A stretch of 46,467 bases of DNA, the filler included, from Sphacelaria rigidula (taxonomy: Eukaryota): assembly GCA_964200075.2 (NCBI GenBank). It is 2 parts of 2 records of this genome, joined end to end, with 100 filler letters (N's around TTAATTAATTAA, not from the genome) between each part and the next. Parts side by side here need not be neighbours in the genome. Positions count along the whole stretch, not along the records: positions 1 to 23,188 come from CAXNAA020000279.1; 1 more part is not named here. One strand, written 5' to 3'. The translations under genes were made by a program, and so were the position numbers. Shown piece by piece: positions 12,361 to 21,350 of the stretch (its first letter is position 1; the number at the start of each line of letters is the position of its first letter). The notes beneath the pieces are model-generated. The model made no database searches and was not told the origin of the DNA. It was given only the letters and a program-made list of their open reading frames with translations.

Positions 12361-13877
12361 CGGCGTACGCTGGTGATGTTGCATCGGTCCTGATGCGGCC
12401 GTTAGGGTATCACATCCGTCCTCAGGTTTGAATATTTTGCGAATTTCGGTGCGCGCCGCGACGAACAGGAAACGCGGCGCATTTCGATCTCGCGGCAGTT
12501 TGGCAGCGGGCAGTTGACCTCGCGTCAATCTAGTTCACGTAGAAGTTTCCCGTAGTTTTACTAGCGTAAACCCTACTATCAGCACCAACCCGTTCCCGAG
12601 CAACCACGCTGCCCCTGGCCGCACCTCTGCCCATGATCCTCGCAGATAAGTTCTGCAATATGTGCCCGCTTCATGCTGTCGTTTCCTTCGCCCACCATTC
12701 GCACTGCTTGTTTCGAGCCCAAACGGAGCAGGTGTCGCCAAGAAACGAGCCGGCACCGGAGATGAGGCCGGTATAACAACTTGATTTTAGTACCAATATA
12801 ATAGCGTACATCGCATTACAGTAGATAAAAAGTTGTATGTATGATTCGTAGCCAAACAACAATCAGGAACGAACGACACACAGACCATACGGGTATTCAA
12901 GTGTTGGGATGATCGCTGTACGAAAAAAAGTGGGGCGAGGTTCCAAATCGGTTAACAATTTTGCGGAGTCTGTATGTTGAAGAGTACGAATTACGAGCGC
13001 TGACGTGAGTCGGCGCACAGGATGCGCGACAATTCAATGACCGGTGATGATCCGCGGATTCCTGGCTCTACTGGGGCGAGTCGAGCGAGGCAGGTAGGCG
13101 GGGCGGTTTCATCATGTGATCATGACATGATGAGCAGGAAAATGAATTGCGCATCATGTACGGGGGCTCCGCAATTGATTCCAACGTTGCATCTACGGAG
13201 CCCCTCCCGCTGCCCTCGTGTGGAACTCACTCGCTCTCGACTATTCGGACTCGCGCAAGAGCTGGCAAGTGATCAGAGAGAAGGCGGAGGGAGGTGAGGG
13301 CATATTGGGACGGATTTCGTTGGCGCATTATGACAGGGTGCCATCTGCACTGTGCTCGGCCGACTCGGGGCAAAATTGATTTTATCCCGCCGCGTTTTGG
13401 GAGCATCATGCCGAGAGGCACGGGACGACACATGGTACCCACGAGACGCTACCAGCCAACAGCTGCTGTGCAGCGTCAGTGCTCAAGTCTACCATTGTTG
13501 GGCTCTGAGTGCGGAAGCGCTGCCCGTCTCTTTCGTGACTTGCATTCTGTGGCAGTAGTCCATGTACGCAGTGCGTGTCCCATCTCTACTGCTGTTTGTC
13601 AGTTGTACAAACGGGCTTCAGCCGTTCGTCTAGAGTCGCCGCATGAATCTCTGTGTGTGCAACGACGAGGAAAGACGATGAGGAAACACGGCACCGAAGG
13701 ACGATTGAACAGGCAGCAGCACCCTCACAAATCACGCAGCACTAACCCTAAGACATGTATGCGTGAAGTGCTACCTTCGTTCGTCAGGTTGATGGAACGC
13801 GGGTGAAGCTGGTGGGGAATCTAAAAAAGCGTTTTCCCACCCACACACCCCCGTTCTCCACCGTGATCAGGTCAAAC

Positions 13878-14541
13878 ATGGATGCACATGGATCATCTAT
13901 CTACGCGCAAAAACGCGACAAGCTGATGGATATTCTCCGTCTGTTAGATTCCAGTGGTGTAAAGGACCGAGCACTAGAAGACAGGTTCCGGTCGATAATC
14001 GCTAACAGCCGCCGCAAAGGCGACGCCAACGATCTCGTTTGGGACGAGATCGTGATGGAGCTGCATAACTGGCAAGCCGGCGAGAGAGCATCAACCAATA
14101 TGTAAGCGATTCCGATCCGCTGTAGCGACGGAGTAATTATAAGACTTGTGTGGCAACACTTGGTCATGTTGTGATGAAACGTGTCTCGCCAACCACTTTG
14201 ATCTCGTAGAGCTTCCATGTACCCTGGTCGAGACCTCCGGGTGTTGCCGCGTAGTTCTTTGAGCTCGAAGCCCAGTGTGTCGAGGTTGGTTGTTCGAACG
14301 CTCACGACGTCCACACACACCCGGGATCAATGACCGTTGTTCGAACACTGGTTCGTTCATCCGCGGGTACTCTCTTCTCTCTCCCCGTAAAATAATTTGT
14401 TCATTTCATTGTTTCTTTTTGCAGAGACGGAAAGGCGCCCGACATCGATTGGTTCGTCAGAAGCTTGCAGGATGCATGTGATAATCTACCGTGGTATCAG
14501 CAGCGCCAGCATCCAGCACCAGCACCAGCAGCAACAGCCAG

Positions 14542-14576
<35 letters not shown>

Positions 14577-15892
14577 GCAGCCAGCAACAGGAGCAGGAGC
14601 AGGGTGGAGCAGCTGGCGCTGAGGACACCACCGCTGGTGCCTCTGCTGAACGTTCGGGCGGTGGGTCGGGAGGCGCGGGCGCTGGCGCTGGCGCTGGTGA
14701 CGACGATACGTCGTACGCGAAGAACGTCAACATTCTATCCCGCTTGACGGAGAGGGGCGGCGAGTTAGAGGCGAGGTTTTTGCGAAAGGGGTCCACGTTC
14801 AAGGAGCGTTACAGTGTCAAGACGCATGAGCTGAAGTATTTCACGACGATGACCCCGGAAACACTCAATGATGCGAACACCTCGCTGCTGGACTTGCCAA
14901 CAAAAAAGGACGGCATGCGCTGGCAGGTGCTGGCGTCAAACAAGCAGCTGCCACGGTTTCTGCACAACTACTCCTTACGGAAGATGTATGTGGTTGATGG
15001 GGATGGTCGCAAGCACATGGCCACAGCCAAGACTCTGGTGCGCGCACTCCAAGGTTTGCGCGTGGAAGAAAAGGAGTGGATGTGGTGCCTCGAACAAGCT
15101 TTGCTCAAAAAGATGGGGAAACCTTCGGCATTGGATTCTCTGCGGGGTACCACGGGGAGTCACGGCGCCGGGTCGGGAGGCGCGGGAAGCAGCAGCTCCG
15201 GCGGCGGTGGAGGTCAGGGACGGGGCGGTGGCGCCGGGTCGGGAGGCGCGGGAAGCAGCAGCTCCGGCGGCGGTGGAGGTCAGGGACGGGGTGACGCCCC
15301 TACGAGTTTGGCGGAGCTGATGAAGACAGCTATGCCGCTGAACACAACGGTCTTTCCTCGTACGACCATGGAAGTCGATGACGATGATACCCCTATCCGG
15401 TATTTGGTACCCGTGTCCTCGAAAATATTGAAGCAACTACGCGATGAACCGAGGTACTACGATTTCCCCTCTTGCTTCGAAGTAACTCGAGAGGTGAAAA
15501 GCTACAACCTCGGCAAGATGTACGCCGTTCGACGGGACGGTAAGATTGTCATGGTTGGCCGACTTCGCATGAAGAAACAACTCGACGCGACTCTTGGGGG
15601 GAAAACGGTGCCAGTGGAGACGTGGATGACGCGTTTGGATGACGCGGTGAAAATAATGGAAACCAAGGCGGTGACGGGACGCAAAATCTTGGCAAGCCGC
15701 AGCACCAAGAAGAGGAAGCGTGCACCAGCGAGCGGTAAAGTCCAGAAGAACAACACCAAAAGGCAGAAAGGTGCGTCAGCGGACGATGGACACGCGGAGA
15801 CGACTGCTCCCGATACAGGGGCCGACGAGGAGGGGGGTGGTGGCGGTGGCGGAGAATTGAAGGTGGTTGTCGCGGCGGGTGTCACCCGCTAA
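13878..15892 (+). CDS. Hypothetical protein, two coding exons join(13878..14101,14425..15892), ~563 aa, with low-complexity S/G/Q tracts, two copies of an unknown domain and a basic NLS-like C-terminus
   Basis: Donor at|gtaagc (14102) and acceptor tttttgcag (14424) join ORF 13803..14105 in frame with ORF 14465..15892 (phase 2: ...STN-I-DGKAPDIDWFVRSLQDAC...). An acceptor-like site at 13870 means an upstream exon is possible. Confidence 0.7.
15164..15291 (+). repeat. Coding tandem duplication with a 66-bp period (GAGSGGAGSSSSGGGGGQGRG x2)
   Basis: ggcgccgggtcgggaggcgcgggaagcagcagctccggcggcggtggaggtcagggacgggg starts at both 15164 and 15230, identical. Confidence 0.95.
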
Positions 15893-16264
15893 AATAGTCA
15901 TAGTTTTTTTGTGGCACAAATGGTCGGATTGCGTTGCGGCAGTTAGTTTATATTTTTTGTTTGACGTACAGTAACGGCCCGCTCGTAAGAAACACTATCG
16001 TAAGAAAATGAAAACTCGGCACTATCCCTGTGAGCACGGGTCCGCACCTCTCCGGGCAAGACGACGTCGATTTTGTTTGTGTTTGTTTGACAGTTTCACC
16101 GGGGCCACGTGAAAATATTTCAACACCACCGAGGGAATATGTCTCCAGGAGGAAAGGGGTAGCTCGGAAGCGTCAGCGTAAAAAGGGGTTCTGATTTCAG
16201 AGAGCAAATCCGTGCATTGCGTGAAAAAAACCGGTAAGCCGACGCGCGGGGAGTGTGGAGAACA

Positions 16265-16278
16265 AGAGAGAGAGAGAA

Positions 16279-16316
<38 letters not shown>
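16265..16316. repeat. (GA)n microsatellite
   Basis: Interrupted agagag... run of about 50 nt. Confidence 0.95.
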
Positions 16317-16318
<2 letters not shown>

Positions 16319-16661
16319 CCGTTGTCTGAGGCGGGGATGGTAAGACAGGCGCATTTAAGAAAATGTGTTTTTTTGCGGAATAAAATAGGAAAGATGCATT
16401 TAAGAATCCAGACTCAACCGGAATTTCAGCTTCTTACGAGCCGTGATACTTAATGTAAATTCTCTACATCACAGAAACACCAGAATCCTCCACCAGCTTC
16501 TCGGGAGATATTTCGCGTTTCCTGGTTTCTGACAATGGTTGTGACAATGGTTGTTAATCTTAAGACAAATCAGTCTTTCTTGTTCAGGACACAGACGCCG
16601 TAATTCCCCAAGATTTTCATACACGATGACCCTTCTGGACACTTTCCATCAGGGTCACACG

Positions 16662-16800
16662 ACAACATACTTGGTCTAGATCATTACTGTAAAGTTAGTA
16701 GAAAATTCTTGAAATGTGCTAAACACATCCGACTCAAGCAGACTTTCGGCAAAGATACGATGGTCGCTCTAATCCTAGGAGTTGTGAAACACCACACACT
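16662..16800 (-). ncRNA. Predicted Fanzor omega-RNA: scaffold covers the ORF 3' end/3' UTR and TIR; guide comes from flanking DNA starting at 16681. The 5' boundary is unknown
   Basis: Inferred from TnpB/Fanzor biology. On the - strand, small hairpins CTTT-GCCG-AAAG (16743-16754) and ATGTG-TTTAG-CACAT (16714-16728) precede the TIR. Confidence 0.5.
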
Positions 16801-19646
16801 CCGATATTGGCCGAACCATTGACATCCCTGTCGATAAAGTCCACAGAGCAAGAAAGGTTCTCGTCCGTCTGGCTTCCACAGCGAAACACCCGAGACCCGT
16901 CCACTTGCTTGAGTGGTATACCGCAACCACAGCAACACTTTGACGTACGAAACTCGTCGACCAAAACGACAGGGCAAAGTATGCCTAAAGCTCTGATCAA
17001 CGCCTTTCTAGGACAAGGCCCCCTGGAACTATGACCGAATTGACCATTGCCGAAAAACACGACTCTCCTCTTTGTCCTAATCTTCTTGAGCAACTCCTTT
17101 TTCCTCGCTGGAGACATTGTCTCGCCCTCCAACTTCGACGTTGCAGCAATCTCTTCCTTGTACGCACCACCAAACGCGATATCCCTCGCCATGCCATCCA
17201 ACGAACGCTGTCTTGCACGAAGCCTCGCGAACCGTTCGCGTCTACGCTCTACCGACAGAAGCTCGCCTATTCTCGCTATTAACGTCGAGTACGTCACCGC
17301 AGAGTATGCAAACGAAGAACCCGGTTGTTTCAATGAGACGGAATCGTATGCTTTTATGGCTTGCCCATACCCGACGTTCTGTTCCCTTCGGTTGATTTCC
17401 GACTTTGCACCGAACCGAGCGAGGGACTGGTGTTTGTACTCCCGAGAGGAGAAGGATGATGGCGATCCCTTGAATGACGCTGGATCGAAGGGGCCAGGTT
17501 TCGTCACGTCTGCTCGAACCGTCGCGTAGATGGAGACTTGTCCGGGATCAAGACCGACCACTTCGATGTGATTTTCGGGAGATGAAAGGCTGGCCCTTGC
17601 CACCTTCGTCAGCTTAGTTGCTTTTTCGAAAACACCCTTGGTATGATTGGAGACGTTGAACGAGGCCGACAGACCCGTGAACCCTTTCTCCACGAGCTCT
17701 TGAACACCTTTCGCAAGAGGATTGACCTTCCCTAGCGTTGTCAGACACACCTTTACCTGCAAACCATCCGTGGTGATTGAGTTGATGAGCCATGGAACCC
17801 CACAGTCGGGATCTTCTCGCTTCGCTTCGTAAACACGGTCGTTGGTAACCCACGGGTCCTTGGAACACAAACCAATCCCCTTGTGGAAGCGGGTTGGTTG
17901 ATGCAGGACCTTCTTCCCTCTACCGCGTTGAGCTGGCTTCCGGGTTTCGGGACGCCTGTGAACCATTCTCTCCGTGTGAAAGTCGAATAAGCCTGTCCAC
18001 CACAACCTCTTCGTCCTTCCAGCATTCTTGACACCCTCGGTCCGCAGGTTAGTCTCGTCTTCATCTACGGAAAGCTCCAAGTTCCGAGCGAGAGTGTCTA
18101 TACTCTCACCGTCATACTTGACGAAAGCTCTGGTAAGAGCAAAGTGTGGCATCAGAGAGAAAGGTTTGGGCGGCTTTTCCGTGCCTGGTTCGCGCATAGC
18201 CTTCCACATTTCCTTTCGGGTGTTGGAGACGTCTCGCACCAGAGTCGCCGAGTCCTTCTTTGTCATCTCGACGCCTTCATCGAACCAAGCCGGTACAGGA
18301 GTCTCGCACAAGAGGTTTCGCTGCTTCAAATAACCCTCTTTGGTCTCGGACCTCTTCATAGCCGGCTGTCTCTCGAAGATCCCGGCCCATATCTCTCCTC
18401 TGATCCTTTGAAGGTCGCAAGCTCGTGTGCGGAATGTCGCCTCTATCCGCAGGACCTCGTTCAGCCTGGCCTTGACGTTGTACAGGAAATCTTCTCGCCC
18501 CGTCATCTTCTTCGCACGAGGCTTTTTGGTGGATGGCTTCGGCGGCACTTTCTCCTCATCTGGACTGTTTGTATCATCTGGGCGGAGTTTCTTTCGAATT
18601 TTCCTACGAGGGGTTTTCCGGACCTTCGTCGAAGTCTTCGATGGGCGCAACGTCGAACGAAGAGGTTCGAATAGGTCCCTGTACTTCGACAGGAGGTCCT
18701 CCAAGACAACTCTCCACTCGGAGGGCAGCACCCTCTTTTCCTTTCCCTTCTCTCGGGCCGCAAAGTCGCGTATGTCTGACAGAGCCCGGTCAGTGTGCTT
18801 CTGCCCAGAGGCCCTGTACAGTTGTGTCGCTGCTGAGGAGATGTCGGTCCAAAAGTACTTGTCGTCTCGGAACGCCCAAAGTCTTTGCTCGATCTCGCAT
18901 GCCAAGTGTTCCGTCGCTCTCGTGTCGAGGTTTCCAGATATGTGCTTCTTGATGGAAGTGATCATTTCGCCACACAACGCGTCTTTACATCGAAGGGGAA
19001 ACGATTGCACCTCCTTGACGGTGTCTTGGTCCAACTTATGTTGCTCGAGATAAGAGTCCAGGCTGGGGTGATGTAGCTTTTTAGCCCGGCTGTGTAGCTC
19101 CTTTTGTGAAATCAGAGAAAAGAGTTGCTGGAGGAACGTACGGTTGACGATTAGCGGGTTTGAAGGGTCCTCTTCTGCGAGAAAGTTCAGACACACCGAA
19201 ACGAGGTGGCGAAGAATGCCGAGAGATTTGGCGTCCCTGTCGATTTCCTCCAGGAGAACGTCCTTGCCGGGGACGTCGTCTCGGACACAGGCGTCCACGG
19301 ACGTCGTGATGCTTCGTACTCTCACTTGTATCGGGTCGTCTATGTCCTTCACGATGCCTCTGGCTAGAGCAAACCGACGTAGTTCCTCCTTTGTTGCGAT
19401 ACTCGCAGAGTCATCGTCTTGGTCACCGACTTCGGAATCCTCGTCTACCGAATTGCATGTCTTTCGTTTCGGAGGTTTGTTGGAACTGGTGTCTTCTTCT
19501 GATTCCATACTGTTTGGCGGTGGTCCGATGAGTTCTAACGAGAAGGGGGGATGGTTTGTCTCCCACTGTTTCCTGTAAATAAGATAACGGTCTTGGTCCA
19601 CCAACGCATACGATTGGCCAGGATTAGAGGCCGCGTGGAACGGCAT
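16734..19646 (-). CDS. Fanzor (Fanzor1-type, TnpB/Cas12-related RNA-guided endonuclease), 970 aa, uninterrupted; possible alternative start at 19508
   Basis: C-terminal split RuvC: VVGLDPG (RuvC-I D), VVFFGNGQF...GPCP...VVLVDEFRTSKCCCGC (Glu next to the Zn finger, as in Fanzor1), VFRCG...SC (second Zn-finger half), DRDVNGSANI (RuvC-III D). SITTDGLQV motif upstream. Stop codon is 52 bp from the transposon end. Confidence 0.93.
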   Translation of the reverse strand: MPFHAASNPGQSYALVDQDRYLIYRKQWETNHPPFSLELIGPPPNSMESEEDTSSNKPPKRKTCNSVDEDSEVGDQDDDSASIATKEELRRFALARGIVKDIDDPIQVRVRSITTSVDACVRDDVPGKDVLLEEIDRDAKSLGILRHLVSVCLNFLAEEDPSNPLIVNRTFLQQLFSLISQKELHSRAKKLHHPSLDSYLEQHKLDQDTVKEVQSFPLRCKDALCGEMITSIKKHISGNLDTRATEHLACEIEQRLWAFRDDKYFWTDISSAATQLYRASGQKHTDRALSDIRDFAAREKGKEKRVLPSEWRVVLEDLLSKYRDLFEPLRSTLRPSKTSTKVRKTPRRKIRKKLRPDDTNSPDEEKVPPKPSTKKPRAKKMTGREDFLYNVKARLNEVLRIEATFRTRACDLQRIRGEIWAGIFERQPAMKRSETKEGYLKQRNLLCETPVPAWFDEGVEMTKKDSATLVRDVSNTRKEMWKAMREPGTEKPPKPFSLMPHFALTRAFVKYDGESIDTLARNLELSVDEDETNLRTEGVKNAGRTKRLWWTGLFDFHTERMVHRRPETRKPAQRGRGKKVLHQPTRFHKGIGLCSKDPWVTNDRVYEAKREDPDCGVPWLINSITTDGLQVKVCLTTLGKVNPLAKGVQELVEKGFTGLSASFNVSNHTKGVFEKATKLTKVARASLSSPENHIEVVGLDPGQVSIYATVRADVTKPGPFDPASFKGSPSSFSSREYKHQSLARFGAKSEINRREQNVGYGQAIKAYDSVSLKQPGSSFAYSAVTYSTLIARIGELLSVERRRERFARLRARQRSLDGMARDIAFGGAYKEEIAATSKLEGETMSPARKKELLKKIRTKRRVVFFGNGQFGHSSRGPCPRKALIRALGILCPVVLVDEFRTSKCCCGCGIPLKQVDGSRVFRCGSQTDENLSCSVDFIDRDVNGSANIGVCGVSQLLGLERPSYLCRKSA

Positions 19647-19680
19647 GATTGGTATACATGAGGGTTAGTCACCGGGACCC

Positions 19681-20778
19681 CTAATCCCGTGCCTCCGAAA
19701 AAAACAGGGTTGGGCAATGCTGATGTTTTGGGGGTGCGTTGAGTAAACGACGCCTCAGTTTCGAGGTAAACACTGATCTAGATACTCTCGTGGTCGTTGC
19801 CGAAACAATTTTGACGTTACGAAGGATGTGTGTCACGTACGTGTCAAGTGTGTAAATGTAAGATGGTTCCTTTATCTTTCTCTGTAACCGCAGCGTGATC
19901 GTGTCGAGCAGAACTCTTGCCTCTTCTTCCTGTATGTAGAGAGCAGGGGTTCTTGCATGGGCTTTTTCAAGCTTGAGGTTTGATTTAAGTCGTTTGAAAC
20001 TCTCCTCCACTCGTCACCTCGTTGCGTACATGGCTTTCACGTCTTTGCGAGACAGCGACGGGTCATTAGTGAGGCAAACATACGTTTTTCCGTTTATGAA
20101 GTACTTCAAGAGACGTGCTTTCACCCCAAGTATAAGGCAGGTCGCTTCTGTTTTCCAAGAGTTGAAGAAAGACCGGGTGCCCCGAAACGCGTTTATCTTC
20201 AGCCTCCACACACCAAATGCTTGTGAATCGTTAACACTGCGTAGTAAAGCTTTGGAGTAGTAGCCCCGGTCAAACACCAATGTGTCACCTTTCCGTACAC
20301 TCCGAAGCATCGACACGGCTGCTCTTCTCTCGTTAAAGTGTTTCGTGAGCTCAAAGTCCACACAAGCTCTACTGTTTACGTCCACCATCGAAGAGAGCAT
20401 GACGAGAGGCCTCTTTGCAGGTCTCGGCACAGGCTTGTCGTTCGTTCTGGTCTTGTAACCAGCGCCGATGAAGGAAGGGTGAACGTGTACCTTCGAACCA
20501 TCCACGGCAAAAACACGTGGTTCATGTGGTCCTCGGTGTAAAAAACGATTCACCTCCTTGAAAGCTCCCTGTGGAAGTTTCTTCCTGGCCAGGTGAACCG
20601 CCTGTGACGAATATTGTCCATCATCCATTCTCAGAATATGATCGACACCTCTCCCTTGAATACAGCACTTGATGGTGTAGAACAGGGAAGACGTGTCTAG
20701 TTTGCGGCGCCTTTGTATCCATTGTTCGTCGCATTTTTTGAAGGCGTCATATATTTCGTGGTGAGTCGAGTAAGTCAT
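19681..20778 (-). pseudogene. IS4-family DDE transposase (~365 codons) with one in-frame TGA at 20014-20016
   Basis: VFAVDGSKV (D1), LVFDRGYYS (D2) and MYATR*RVEESFKRLKS, the IS4 Y-x2-R-W-x2-E signature with W replaced by a stop. ORFs 20014..20778 and 19681..20010 are in the same frame. Confidence 0.92.
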
Positions 20779-21350
20779 ATTCGACGTTTGTGTAGATGAA
20801 TATATTAACTTTCCAAATTGCCTAACTTTACAACAATGGTCTAGATGGTTCTACCCCCGACATTTGCGACTTTGTTGTTTCGTCGTTTCGCGTCTGGGCA
20901 TGGTGGTTTTTTGCGGCAAAGACGGACAGCACGGAAGTGAATCCCGATAGGAAAGTCATCGTGGTGTGTACTGTGTACTTACACAAAAGAAAATAAATCA
21001 TGTTAGTCACTTTCAATGATTCCAGTCTGAAGACAGATTCATCGGGCTCTGGTCTAGACCCCACCAACGTTCTTTTTGGTCATTCCAGGGAAGTGGAGCC
21101 AAAGCTGGTGCATCGGTAAGCAATACATTTGACGGGTGTATCTCTGGTGGAAAGGAAGCTGTCCGTTGTACCATCCTCTCCCCCTTCTCTCTTCTCGTGC
21201 GGCGTAAATACACGGGTTTCCATTGGTCTGTGCGGCGCTACATATGATATATACTGGCTTGTGTTTCAACCAGGGAAACCAGGATTTTAGATTCGGTGGT
21301 ACACGAGAACTGGCAGTTGCGTACTGGTTCAGTACACAGCCCTACTATCG

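Larger units (their letters stand above)
16682..20838 (-). mobile_element. IS4-family DNA transposon carrying a Fanzor (TnpB-like) gene; 4157 bp, complete ends
   Basis: TIRs CATTACTGTAAAGTTAG (16682-16698) and CATTGTTGTAAAGTTAG (reverse complement of 20822-20838) are 15/17 identical. Direct repeat GTCTAGAT at 16674-16681 and 20839-20846. Contains only the DDE transposase and the Fanzor ORF, both intronless on the - strand. Confidence 0.93.

Noticed and set aside
16627-16679. Helitron-like 3' end (hairpin followed by CTAG)
   Set aside because: The CTAG is followed by A rather than T and is part of the IS4 TSD; no Rep/helicase or matching 5' end was seen.
16672-16681. Possible 10-bp TSD TGGTCTAGAT
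   Set aside because: The extra TG on the right side is the end of the TIR (…CAATG). Symmetric CAT...ATG termini give an 8-bp TSD.
17047-19578. Several + strand ORFs of 140-208 aa inside the transposon
   Set aside because: Antisense shadows of the Fanzor ORF.
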